This document shows positions 10,048 to 19,160 of a stretch of DNA of 64,000 nucleotides, piece by piece. A program made the position numbers and the translations under genes. The notes beneath the pieces are model-generated. The model did not search any database, was not told the origin of the DNA, and saw nothing but the letters and a program-made list of their open reading frames with translations. Source of the stretch: a bacterium (GTDB lineage: Bacteria > Patescibacteriota > Patescibacteriia > JAACEG01 > JAGUWE01); the NCBI GenBank assembly GCA_043798995.1, contig JAZDOD010000011.1, positions 4,737-68,736 of the forward strand, written 5' to 3'. Every line of letters begins with the position of its first letter. The first letter of the stretch is position 1.

Positions 10048-11907
10048 ATGTCAAGCCAATCCACCTTCGCTAAAACTTCAGCCGACGTCAAAGCTTTGTC
10101 GGAAAAATCGGCGAACAAGAAAGATAAAAATCAATCTAAAGATAAACTTGAGATTATGCGCCATTCTTTGGCTCATCTTTTGGCCGCTGCGGTTTTAGAA
10201 ATTATTCCCGAGGCGAAATTTGCTATTGGTCCGGCGATTGAGAATGGCTTTTATTATGATTTTGATTTACCCGCCGAAGCCTTGGCGAAGGCGGGTCTGT
10301 CCAAAACTCTTACCCCCGAAGATTTGCCCAAAATTGAAAAAATAATGAGCCAGCTGATTAAAAAGAATCTAAAGTTTGAAAAAAAAGTTCTGCCAATCAA
10401 GGAAGCAATCGCGACTTTTAAGGAGTTGGGCCAGGATTATAAAGCGGAATTGTTGGCAGATTTAAAAAAAGAGGGAGAGAAAGAAGTCTCGGTTTATCAA
10501 ACCGGTAATTTTCTTGATCTTTGCCGCGGGCCGCACATTGACTTAAGCGGCAAAGTTGGCGCTTTTAAATTAACTCATCTGGCCGGCGCTTACTGGAAAG
10601 CTTCGGAGAAAAATAAGATGCTCACCCGGATTTATGGCCTGGCTTTTGCCACGCAAAAAGAATTAGACGATTATTTAAAAATGTTAGTTGAAGCTGAAAA
10701 ACGAGACCATCGCAAATTAGGGCAAGAATTGGATTTATTTAGTTTTGACGAGGAATTCGGCCAGGGCTTGCCGCTTTGGCATCCCAAGGGCGCTATTCTT
10801 CGTCAAGTAATGGAGGATTTTGTTTTGAAAGAATATTTAAAGCGCGGTTATCAGTTAGTCAGAACCCCGCATATTGCTAGTTTGGAAATTTTTAAAACTT
10901 CGGGTCACTGGAATTTTTACCGCGAGAGTATGTATAGCCCGATGAAGATTGAAAATGAAGATTATATTATTAAGCCGATGAATTGTCCGGGCCACATTAA
11001 AATTTACAAAACGCAACTGCGAAGTTACAGGGATCTCCCGATTCGTTATACCGAACTGGGCGCGGTTTATCGCTATGAAAAATCAGGCACTTTGCATGGC
11101 CTGACGCGCGTGCGCGGTTTTACCCAGGACGACGCGCACATTATCTGCGCCCCAGGCCAACTCAAACAGGAATTAATAGAAGTTATTAAATTAGCCAAAT
11201 ATATTTTAAAAACTTTTGGCTTTTCCAATTTTGAAGTTAATTTAAGCATCCGCGACCCGGAAAATAAAAATAAATATTTAGGCGATGACAAACATTGGCA
11301 ACTGGCAGAAAAATCTTTAGCCGAAGCGATGAAAGAGGAAGGATGGCAGTTTAAGATTGATGAAGGCGAAGCTGTGTTTTACGGACCAAAAATGGATATT
11401 AAAGTCAAAGATGCTATTGGTCGGCCTTGGCAGATTTCCACGCTTCAAGTTGACTTCAATCTGCCCGAGCGTTTTGATTTAACCTATATTGATGAAAAAG
11501 GTAAAAAGCAGCGCCCCATTATGCTTCACCAGGCGATTTTAGGGTCGCTTGAAAGATTTACCGGTCTTTTGATTGAACATTATGCCGGCGCTTTTCCAAC
11601 TTGGCTTTCGCCCGTGCAAATTAAAATTATTCCGGTTGGCAAAGACCATTTTAAATATTCAGAAAAATTAGCCGAGGAGTTTTTGGCTAATGATTTTCGT
11701 GTAGAAGTCGATAATTTAAATGAAACCGTGGGCTATAAAATCAGAAAAGCCGAAAAGCAAAAAGTGCCTTATATGTTAGTGATCGGCGACAAAGAAACAA
11801 AAGGCAAAACTCTGAATGTGCGCCACCGCGATGAAAAAGACATGGTCCGAATGACGATTAAGAAGTTTATTGAGAGGATTAAAAGAGAGGTTGAAGAGAA
11901 GAAATAA
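10048..11907 (+). CDS. thrS: Threonine--tRNA ligase
   Basis: Class II motifs HRKLGQELDLF and TPHIASLEIFKTSGHWNFYRESMY; N-terminal editing-domain HxxxH (MRHSLAHLL). Confidence 0.95.
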   Translation: MSSQSTFAKTSADVKALSEKSANKKDKNQSKDKLEIMRHSLAHLLAAAVLEIIPEAKFAIGPAIENGFYYDFDLPAEALAKAGLSKTLTPEDLPKIEKIMSQLIKKNLKFEKKVLPIKEAIATFKELGQDYKAELLADLKKEGEKEVSVYQTGNFLDLCRGPHIDLSGKVGAFKLTHLAGAYWKASEKNKMLTRIYGLAFATQKELDDYLKMLVEAEKRDHRKLGQELDLFSFDEEFGQGLPLWHPKGAILRQVMEDFVLKEYLKRGYQLVRTPHIASLEIFKTSGHWNFYRESMYSPMKIENEDYIIKPMNCPGHIKIYKTQLRSYRDLPIRYTELGAVYRYEKSGTLHGLTRVRGFTQDDAHIICAPGQLKQELIEVIKLAKYILKTFGFSNFEVNLSIRDPENKNKYLGDDKHWQLAEKSLAEAMKEEGWQFKIDEGEAVFYGPKMDIKVKDAIGRPWQISTLQVDFNLPERFDLTYIDEKGKKQRPIMLHQAILGSLERFTGLLIEHYAGAFPTWLSPVQIKIIPVGKDHFKYSEKLAEEFLANDFRVEVDNLNETVGYKIRKAEKQKVPYMLVIGDKETKGKTLNVRHRDEKDMVRMTIKKFIERIKREVEEKK

Positions 11908-11908
11908 T

Positions 11909-12075
11909 GTCATTGCGAGTCATGCCTTTGACAGGGTGTGGCAATCTCATACTTTTTTTGTCATCCTGAACGGAGTGAAGGATCTCACGGGAGGCCATAA
12001 GCCGACCCGTGTTTTTTTCGCGGGTCGCAAGCTCCCGCGAGATTCCTCGGGCTACACCCTCGGAATGACATTTAA
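11909..12075. repeat. Two adjacent MITE-like elements (TGTCATTGCGAG...GCAATCTC end, then a TGTCATCCTGA...GAATGACAT element with nested hairpins)
   Basis: First matches the left end of the GIY-YIG unit at 28841; second is paralogous to 17881-18025. Confidence 0.6.
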
Positions 12076-12123
12076 TCAAAATAAAAAAAAGGAGCTTTTA
12101 GCTCCTTTTAAGATCGTTTGATT

Positions 12124-12468
12124 TTAATAATAAGTTGCCTGCAGGATTCTGCTGATGTCGTTTAAGGTTTTTGAGATCTCATAGAGTGAACCGCCCCTGT
12201 TTCTGCAGTCAGCAATATTAATATCAATAGCCAGTAACTTTTTCTTAAGATCTCGCGGCGAGCAATATTCAATTGATTCAATACTTGAAAAGTCAATAAA
12301 TTGCGTGCCGCCGCTGACTTTGAGGCCTAGACCATTGACCTTATTGATCTCAGAAAATCTGCCGTAAAAAGAACCATCCTTTTTGGTATTAACCTTAAGA
12401 AAAGGTTTTTTAATTTTTCTTTCTTGGCAAATTTCAGCTATTTTCTCCGCCACTTTTTGTTTAGTCAT
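12124..12468 (-). CDS. Hypothetical protein
   Basis: 114 aa, SD AAGGAGGG upstream, likely co-transcribed with 12470-12700. Confidence 0.5.
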   Translation of the reverse strand: MTKQKVAEKIAEICQERKIKKPFLKVNTKKDGSFYGRFSEINKVNGLGLKVSGGTQFIDFSSIESIEYCSPRDLKKKLLAIDINIADCRNRGGSLYEISKTLNDISRILQATYY

Positions 12469-12469
12469 T

Positions 12470-12700
12470 TTATCCCTCCTTATAGTTTTTATAGAATTTC
12501 AATACTTGCCAAAGTGCCGCCAACCATACAAGAATAAGTAGAATAATTAATAAAATCATTACTAATAGTTCCAATAATGAGGTTGACCCTTTTATTATCA
12601 TTGATACCCACTTCGTTCCGGCAGTTCCAAACCAAAAGGGTATTACTATTAATGTCAATAACTCCACCCAATTTGATTTTATAATTTTTTTAATCCTCAT
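12470..12700 (-). CDS. Hypothetical small membrane protein (2 TM)
   Basis: Two hydrophobic helices; SD AAGGAGGG upstream. Confidence 0.45.
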   Translation of the reverse strand: MRIKKIIKSNWVELLTLIVIPFWFGTAGTKWVSMIIKGSTSLLELLVMILLIILLILVWLAALWQVLKFYKNYKEG

Positions 12701-12756
12701 TTTTCCCTCCTTGATTTTAGATTGTTTTTAAGGTATCCTGATTAAGACATATATTC

Positions 12757-12852
12757 TGTCATTCCTGCGGAAGCAGGAATCCAGAGAAGTTATTTTATCA
12801 ACCAATCCTGACAAATTAAAATCTAGATTCCGCATCAAGTGCGGAATGACAT
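12757..12852. repeat. MITE-like element, family A (TIR GTCATTCC/GGAATGAC enclosing two palindromic hairpins)
   Basis: TGTCATTCCTGCGGAAGCAGGAATCCAGA ... GATTCCGCATCAAGTGCGGAATGACAT; same ends as the GIY-YIG unit at 19161-19542. Confidence 0.65.
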
Positions 12853-12878
12853 CAATTTTCAATTTTCAATGAGCATTT

Positions 12879-14021
12879 ATGAAAAGTAACACAAAAAAGA
12901 ACTTAAGTCAAGGCACAAACAATCGATATCATATTATCACCCATGGTTGTCAGATGAATGTTTCTGACAGCGAAAAAATCGTCGGTCTTTTGGAAAGGCA
13001 GGGTTATCAGAAAGCTAAAGATGCTAAATCGGCCAATTTAGTAGTAATTAATGTTTGTTCGGTGCGCCAGTCGGCGATGGACCGCGTTTATAGTAAAATA
13101 AAAGAATTACGAATTTCCGCCCGAGGCGTGCGCCAGAGGTCCATCCGCCTTTGGCGGAGATCCGCCTTTGGCGGAAAGAATTTAAAATTATTCCCTGAGC
13201 AAAGTCGAAGGGTAAGAATAATTTTAGCGGGATGCCTTTTAGAGACAGATAAAAAGAAATTAAAAGATAAAGTTGATGAGATTTGGTATCCTGACAAATA
13301 TTTTAGCATGGCTTCTTGCCGTGAAAATAAAAATTTAGCTTACGTGCCGATTATGACGGGGTGTAATAATTTTTGCGCCTATTGCGTCGTGCCGTATACC
13401 AGAGGTAGGGAAAAATCAAGATCAGCGTTAGAGATTATTAAGGAAGTAAAAAGATTAATTAAAAGTGGCTATAAAGAAATTGTGTTGATAGGGCAGAATG
13501 TTAATAGCTATTCATGTAACATGGAACATGAAACCTGTAACACAATTAATTTTCCAAAATTATTGAAAATTATCAATGATTTGCCGGGTGATTTTTGGTT
13601 GCGATTTATGACGAGTCATCCTAAGGATATGTCGGATGAACTGATTGAGGCGGTGGCAAAATGCGGGAAAGTCAAAAAAGAAATTCACCTGCCAATCCAA
13701 AGCGGCGATGACGAAATTTTAAAAAAAATGAATCGTGGCTACACTGTGAAAAAATATAAAAATTTAATTAAAAAAATCCGTCAAAAAATACCCGGCGTTA
13801 AAATTTCTACTGACGTGATTGTCGGTTTTCCCGGCGAAACAAAAAAACAATTTCAAAATACAGCCAAGCTTTTCCGCCAAATTAAATTTAACAAGGCCTA
13901 CATTGCCAAATATTCTCCTCGTCATGGCACGGCTGCGGCTAAGCTCAAAGATGATGTTTCACCGCAGGAAAAGAAAAGACGCTGGCAGATTTTAGAAAAA
14001 ATAGCTAATCAAAAGAAATAA
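12879..14021 (+). CDS. miaB: tRNA methylthiotransferase (MiaB/RimO radical-SAM MTTase family) carrying an in-frame repeat insertion
   Basis: MTTase N-domain HGCQMNVSDSE, radical SAM CNNFCAYCVVPYTRG, TRAM region; in-frame foreign peptide from the repeat at 13117-13180. Confidence 0.85.
   Translation: MKSNTKKNLSQGTNNRYHIITHGCQMNVSDSEKIVGLLERQGYQKAKDAKSANLVVINVCSVRQSAMDRVYSKIKELRISARGVRQRSIRLWRRSAFGGKNLKLFPEQSRRVRIILAGCLLETDKKKLKDKVDEIWYPDKYFSMASCRENKNLAYVPIMTGCNNFCAYCVVPYTRGREKSRSALEIIKEVKRLIKSGYKEIVLIGQNVNSYSCNMEHETCNTINFPKLLKIINDLPGDFWLRFMTSHPKDMSDELIEAVAKCGKVKKEIHLPIQSGDDEILKKMNRGYTVKKYKNLIKKIRQKIPGVKISTDVIVGFPGETKKQFQNTAKLFRQIKFNKAYIAKYSPRHGTAAAKLKDDVSPQEKKRRWQILEKIANQKK
13117..13180. repeat. 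Family-B 64-bp palindromic repeat inserted in frame within miaB
   Basis: Near-identical to 7681-7745; encodes SARGVRQRSIRLWRRSAFGGK without stop codons. Confidence 0.7.
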
Positions 14022-14029
14022 ATAAAAAT

Positions 14030-15058
14030 ATGTCAACTCTTTCACTTAAACCACCAAAAATTATCGCTGTTTTAGGAACAACCGCTTCGGGCAAAACCAA
14101 GCTGGCAGTTAGATTAGCTTATCTGTTTAATGGTGAGATTGTCTCAGCTGACAGCCGACAGGTTTATCAAGGTATGGATATCGGGACAGGGAAAGATCTT
14201 GACGATTATATCATCAAAGTCAAAAGTCCCATGCCTACCGGCCCGCTTCGCCGTAGCTTCAGCGAGGCGAGCAGGCAGGAAAAGTCAAAAGTCAAAATTT
14301 TTGAAATTCCATATTATTTAATTGATGTGGTAAGCCCCAAAAAGCAGTTTAATCTGGCGGATTATCAACGTTTGGCTTATCAGGCAATTGATAAAATTTT
14401 AAAAAAAGGCAAACTGCCAATCTTAGCCGGCGGCAGCGGACTCTACCTTCAGGCCGCGGTTGATGGCTGGCTTTTATCAAAAGCAAGACCAGACAGAAAA
14501 TTACGCCAAGAATTAGAAAAGAAGAAAACGAGCTGGCTTTTTTCTTTTTTAAAGAAACTGGATAAAGATTTTGCTAAAAAAGTCAGTCAAAGTGATCAAA
14601 AAAATAAAAGGCGACTGATTAGATATATTGAAATAAAATTAGTCGAGACAAAGAGATTGCCACACTCCTTTCAATCGCTCGCAATGACAGGAGGTGGATA
14701 TGATACCTTACTTCTCGGCCTTACTTATCCCAAAGAAACTTTAAACCAAAGAATTGATAAAAGACTGGAGGAGCGGCTTGAACAAGGTCTGATTGAAGAA
14801 GTTAAAAGATTGCGTCAACAAGGTTTAAACTGGCAGCGTTTAGAGCAATTCGGCCTGGAGTATAAATTTGTGGCTTATTATCTGCAGGGCAAATTAGATT
14901 ATGAAGAAATGGCAGAAAAATTAAAAACAGCAATTCAGCAATTTGCTAAAAGGCAACTTACTTGGTTTCGGCGCTGGCAGAAAATGGGGGCTAAAATTCA
15001 TTGGATAAAAAGTGAAAATGAGGCCAAAAAATTGATTAAAAAATTTTTAAAAAGATAA
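14030..15058 (+). CDS. miaA: tRNA dimethylallyltransferase
   Basis: P-loop GTTASGKT, SADSRQVYQGMDIGT, LAGGSGLY; ~25 extra residues from repeat at 14226-14285. Confidence 0.9.
   Translation: MSTLSLKPPKIIAVLGTTASGKTKLAVRLAYLFNGEIVSADSRQVYQGMDIGTGKDLDDYIIKVKSPMPTGPLRRSFSEASRQEKSKVKIFEIPYYLIDVVSPKKQFNLADYQRLAYQAIDKILKKGKLPILAGGSGLYLQAAVDGWLLSKARPDRKLRQELEKKKTSWLFSFLKKLDKDFAKKVSQSDQKNKRRLIRYIEIKLVETKRLPHSFQSLAMTGGGYDTLLLGLTYPKETLNQRIDKRLEERLEQGLIEEVKRLRQQGLNWQRLEQFGLEYKFVAYYLQGKLDYEEMAEKLKTAIQQFAKRQLTWFRRWQKMGAKIHWIKSENEAKKLIKKFLKR
14226..14285. repeat. Palindromic repeat (family E) inserted in frame in miaA
   Basis: GGCCCGCTTCGCCGTAGCTTCAGCGAGGCGAGCAGGCAGG is the reverse complement of the repeat at 39950-40010; flanked by AAAGTCAAAAGTC direct repeats. 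Confidence 0.5.
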
Positions 15059-15081
15059 GGATAAAATAAGCAAAAAAAGAA

Positions 15082-15108
15082 GGAGAGGGATTTATCCTCT
15101 CCTTTTGA
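15082..15108. terminator. Bidirectional intrinsic terminator between convergent miaA and pyrB
   Basis: Stem GGAGAGGGAT/ATCCTCTCC followed by TTTT. Confidence 0.6.
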
Positions 15109-15116
15109 ATTGAAAG

Positions 15117-15236
15117 TTAAAATTGAAGGACCCACACTATATAGCCTTGTTTTACCCAATGATTAAGACATTCTGTTTTTACATAGTCGTAAATATGTTC
15201 TTGACCATTCCAAGCAAGGACTCTTGCCATTCCCAT
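15117..15236 (-). CDS. Possible 39-aa W-rich small ORF just downstream of pyrB (speculative)
   Basis: ATG with SD AAGGAAGTG 7 nt upstream; peptide MGMARVLAWNGQEHIYDYVKTECLNHWVKQGYIVWVLQF. Confidence 0.15.
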   Translation of the reverse strand: MGMARVLAWNGQEHIYDYVKTECLNHWVKQGYIVWVLQF

Positions 15237-15252
15237 CTTTGTTCACTTCCTT

Positions 15253-16233
15253 TTAATAACCGACGAGAATCATTTTAAGGAGAGCTGCACGGATAAACAA
15301 GCCATTTTGAGCTTGAATAAAATAAAAAGCTCTTCCATCCCGGTCAACTATAGTTGGCAATTCTCCATCTTTCGGATCACGCGGTAAAGGGTGCATAATA
15401 ATGGCATCTCGGGGAAGTTTTGCTAAGACCACATTACTGATGGAACATTTTTCTCTGATTTCTTCGTAAAAGAAAACTTTGTCGCCTAAACTTTCTTTCT
15501 GAATTCGAGTTTGATAAATAACATTGACTTTATTAGCAATTTCTCTTAGATCATCATTTTCAAAAAATTTAATGCCATGTCGTCTTAGATAGTCTTTGAT
15601 ATCTTTGCCTATTTCTAAGGTTGGCGGTGAGACAAAGTAAACGGTTATACCTTTGTATTTTCCTAAAAGGTAAGCTAATGACCTGATGGTTCGGCCCTTA
15701 GCTAAATCTCCAACCATAGCTATGGAAAGACCATCAATTTTTTTGAATCTTTTCCAAATGGTGTAGAGATCTAACAAAGCCTGAGTTGGGTGTTGACCCG
15801 TGCCGTCACCGGCATTGATAATTGGAACCCCTGATATGGTCGCTGCTCTTTTAGCCGCTCCGGTTTCAAAATGTCTCAAGACAATTACATCCGGAAAATA
15901 CAAATTTAAAACCCTGATTGTGTCTTCTAACGTTTCTCCTTTGGCCGCCGAAGAAAACTCGCTGGCGTTTTCTGTAGAAAAAATTACCTTGCCACCTAAA
16001 GTTCTCATAGCGATTTCAAAAGAAGCACGGGTACGAGTACTTGGCTGATAAAAGAAAGAAACCATCTTTTTACCCTTTAAGTAAGTTCTCATTTTTTCTT
16101 TTTCCACTCGAGAAAGTTTGTTTAGTCTTTCACTGACCAGTAACTCTTCGATTTCTTCAGCTAAACAGAAAAGATCAGCTAAAAATTCCAAATCAAACTG
16201 CTGTGTTTCTAAAATATGGTGTAATTTTTTCAT
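15253..16233 (-). CDS. pyrB: Aspartate carbamoyltransferase catalytic subunit
   Basis: STRTRASFE, HPTQALLD and C-terminal HPLPR motifs; 326 aa; SD AAAGGAGGAGGG. Confidence 0.85.
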   Translation of the reverse strand: MKKLHHILETQQFDLEFLADLFCLAEEIEELLVSERLNKLSRVEKEKMRTYLKGKKMVSFFYQPSTRTRASFEIAMRTLGGKVIFSTENASEFSSAAKGETLEDTIRVLNLYFPDVIVLRHFETGAAKRAATISGVPIINAGDGTGQHPTQALLDLYTIWKRFKKIDGLSIAMVGDLAKGRTIRSLAYLLGKYKGITVYFVSPPTLEIGKDIKDYLRRHGIKFFENDDLREIANKVNVIYQTRIQKESLGDKVFFYEEIREKCSISNVVLAKLPRDAIIMHPLPRDPKDGELPTIVDRDGRAFYFIQAQNGLFIRAALLKMILVGY

Positions 16234-16331
16234 CCCTCCTCCTTTTCAAAGTTCGTTTTTAAAAGTATTTCCTAAAAATACCTTTTTGTTTTATATTTTA
16301 GAGAACGATTTATTATAAAGTAAAATTTTTT

Positions 16332-17855
16332 TTATGTCAAGAGTTCAAGCAAGATTTTTTTCACTATTTCTGGATTGGCTTTGCCGCGACTTTCTTTCAT
16401 TACCTGTCCGATTAAAAATTGCAAAGCATTAACTTTGCCGGCTTTATATTGAGCAATCGGTTCGGGATTATTAGCGATTATTTTTTCAACAATATCAATT
16501 AATTCTTTTTCGTCGCTGACTTGCTCTAAGCCGCTTTCTTCCAAAAGAGACGAAGGATCGGCGCCTGTTTTAAGCATTTTTTCTAAAATAACCCGCGCCG
16601 TGGTGGTATTAATTTTATTCTGGTAAATTAAAGTAATAAATTCAGCAAAATTTTCCGGTGTGATTTTAAGAGTTGAGACGCTGATATTTTTAGCTTTCAT
16701 TAGCCCGCCTAATTTATTAATTAGCCAGCCGGAAACAAAATTAATTAATTTCTTTTTATTTTTTTTCCAAATTTTTTTTTCAGCACCCTCAACTTCCTGG
16801 AGAGAAACTAACCAGGCCTTGAGTTCAGAAACCACCTGTTCGGCATAATTAGCTAAAAGTTTGTCATTGGTTAAAATTATAGCGTCTTCCGCTGAAAATT
16901 CATATTGGCTGATAAATCTTTGGAATCTCGCTTGCGGCAACTCGCCAAGATCTGCTTTCATTTTTTCTTTTAATTCAACCAGATTAAGAGGCGGAATATC
17001 CGGCTCGGGAAAATAGCGATAATCATGAGCGAATTCCTTGCTGCGCTGATGATAGGTTACGCCTTGGACCTCGTCCCAGCCGCGGGTCTCCTGATGAAGT
17101 TTGCCGGCCTCTTTTAGAGCTTTTTCCTGCCGGCGAATTTCATAAACAATCGCTCGCTCTACAGCGCGAAAAGAGTTGATATTTTTAAGTTCAATTTTAG
17201 GATTTAATTTGTAATTGCCAACGGGTTTGATTTCGCCGTTTTCATAACGCCACTTGTCCGCTTCCTGGATTGAGACATTAGCTTCGCAGCGCATTTGCCC
17301 CTTTTCCATATCGGCGTCGGAAACTTCCAAATAACGAAGTATTTTTTGGTATTCCTGGCAGAATTTTTTAGCTTCTTGGGCAGATCCGATAACCGGTTCG
17401 GTGACCAATTCCATAAGTGGCGTTCCCGCTCGGTTATAATCAACCAAACTGTATTTAGCGCCAGTTGGATGAAGTAGCTTTCCCGTATCTTCTTCTAAAT
17501 GGATGCGGGTGATTTCAATTTTAGCGCCGTTAATTTCGAGCCATCCATCATGAGCAATTGGCAGGTCATATTGGGAAATTTGATAACCCTTGGGCAAATC
17601 AGGATAAAAATAGTTTTTGCGGTCAAATTTAGAGTAATCAGCAATTTGGCAATTTAAAGCCAGGCCTGTCAAAATTGTCCAGCGGATAGCTTGTTCATTA
17701 GGTACGGGCAAAGTCCCGGGCTGGCCGGTGCAAATAGGGCAAATCGTAGTATTTGGTGATTGGAGTTCGCCGGTATTATCGCAATTACAAAACATTTTAG
17801 CTTTGGTTTTTAGCTGAACATGTATTTCCAAGCCGATAATGGCGTCGTAGGACAT
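16332..17855 (-). CDS. gatB: Asp/Glu-tRNA amidotransferase subunit B
   Basis: MSYDAIIGLEIHVQLKT start, GatB catalytic domain and C-terminal YqeY-like domain; upstream 12 codons of the ORF overlap a MITE and are unlikely coding. Confidence 0.9.
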   Translation of the reverse strand: MSYDAIIGLEIHVQLKTKAKMFCNCDNTGELQSPNTTICPICTGQPGTLPVPNEQAIRWTILTGLALNCQIADYSKFDRKNYFYPDLPKGYQISQYDLPIAHDGWLEINGAKIEITRIHLEEDTGKLLHPTGAKYSLVDYNRAGTPLMELVTEPVIGSAQEAKKFCQEYQKILRYLEVSDADMEKGQMRCEANVSIQEADKWRYENGEIKPVGNYKLNPKIELKNINSFRAVERAIVYEIRRQEKALKEAGKLHQETRGWDEVQGVTYHQRSKEFAHDYRYFPEPDIPPLNLVELKEKMKADLGELPQARFQRFISQYEFSAEDAIILTNDKLLANYAEQVVSELKAWLVSLQEVEGAEKKIWKKNKKKLINFVSGWLINKLGGLMKAKNISVSTLKITPENFAEFITLIYQNKINTTTARVILEKMLKTGADPSSLLEESGLEQVSDEKELIDIVEKIIANNPEPIAQYKAGKVNALQFLIGQVMKESRGKANPEIVKKILLELLT

Positions 17856-17880
17856 AATTTTAAAAGTCAAAAGTAACAAT

Positions 17881-18025
17881 AGTGCTGTCATCCTGAGGAC
17901 GCCTTTGGCGGCCGAAGGATCTCACGGGAGGAGCGAAGCGACGACCCGTGTTCGCGGGTCGCTCATTCCGCTACACTTTATTCGCTCCCGCGAGATTCTT
18001 CACTTCGTTCAGAATGACATAATAA
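17881..18025. repeat. MITE-like element with nested hairpins (TGTCATCCTGA ... TTCAGAATGACAT), family D
   Basis: Paralogous to 11960-12075 (shared GAAGGATCTCACGGGAGG, CGCGGGTCGC, CTCCCGCGAGATTC). Confidence 0.6.
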
Positions 18026-18039
18026 CATTAAGTAAATTT

Positions 18040-18651
18040 TTATAAAACTTTCTTTACCTCTTGCCAGATTAATTCATGGATAGTATTTATTTTTTGATTA
18101 GCATTAATTATGCTCCAATTATATTTTTTGGCCAGATTAAGATGAATTTGTCTGACGCGAGCGGTTAAACTTTCATTTTCCTCGTGAATATGATTAATTT
18201 CAATCGCATCTTTAAAACGTTCTCCGTCTAAAAGTATAGCCAAGTCCTCTTTTAAAAGATGGGAGTTGATAAATTCTAAAAATTCTTCCGAGATACCAGC
18301 ACCAATTCCCCAAGCCAGGCCTGTGCCAACATAATCTTCAGCTATAATATTAATTTCAGAGTTCAATTTTTCTTTTAAAGTTAATTCAAATTGAGTTTTG
18401 TTTAAGACCTGTATTATTTGAAATTCTCTGGCTGATAAATCGTGGGGATTGCCCTTTCTTAAGTATTCTTCAAGTAAAATTCCCGAAGGGCTAATTTCAT
18501 AACGGCCGTATTTGAGATATTCAGCCTGACATCCTTTTTTGATTAGTTTTTCTGCCAAAAGCTTGGCTTGGGTGGTTTTACCCAAATTATTAATACCATA
18601 CAAAACAATAAACTTTCCCTTTCCATTTTTTTTATTAATAGTTTTCATCAT
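18040..18651 (-). CDS. tmk: Thymidylate kinase-like P-loop kinase
   Basis: P-loop YGINNLGKTTQ; operon context with folA and thyA. Confidence 0.6.
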   Translation of the reverse strand: MMKTINKKNGKGKFIVLYGINNLGKTTQAKLLAEKLIKKGCQAEYLKYGRYEISPSGILLEEYLRKGNPHDLSAREFQIIQVLNKTQFELTLKEKLNSEINIIAEDYVGTGLAWGIGAGISEEFLEFINSHLLKEDLAILLDGERFKDAIEINHIHEENESLTARVRQIHLNLAKKYNWSIINANQKINTIHELIWQEVKKVL

Positions 18652-18653
18652 AT

Positions 18654-19139
18654 TTATCGCGTTAGTTCTAAATAAGTAAATTCATATTTACCATTAGAAC
18701 TTTTTTCTTCACTCACAATATTTTTAAATTCAGAATAATCCGGAAAGAAAGTGTCGGCGTCGTAATCGCCCTCAACAACGGTTAAATAAAGTTTATCAGT
18801 CATTGGCAAAAATTGGCGGTAAATTGAGCCGCCGCCGATAATGAAAATTTCTTCTTTTTCAATTTCACGGGCTTTGTTCAATCCTTCCTCAAAGGAGCGG
18901 GTGACAACAACACCTCTGGGATTAAAAGAATAATCATCCGAAATTACCACATTAGTTCTATTGGGTAAGGGTTTGCCGATTGATTCGTAAGTTTTTTGCC
19001 CCATCAAAACCACATGGCCCGAGGTTATTTTTTTAAAATGTTTCAAATCTTCTGGAATTTGCCAAAGTAACTGGTTGTCTTTGCCAATGGCCCGGTTTTT
19101 GGCAATAGAAACAATGATGCTGATAATTGGTTTTTGCAT
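18654..19139 (-). CDS. folA: Dihydrofolate reductase
   Basis: ISIIVSIAKNRAIGKDNQLLWQIPEDLKHFKKITSGHVVLMGQKTYESIG; 161 aa. Confidence 0.9.
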   Translation of the reverse strand: MQKPIISIIVSIAKNRAIGKDNQLLWQIPEDLKHFKKITSGHVVLMGQKTYESIGKPLPNRTNVVISDDYSFNPRGVVVTRSFEEGLNKAREIEKEEIFIIGGGSIYRQFLPMTDKLYLTVVEGDYDADTFFPDYSEFKNIVSEEKSSNGKYEFTYLELTR

Positions 19140-19160
19140 AATAATTTAATTATTTTTTCT

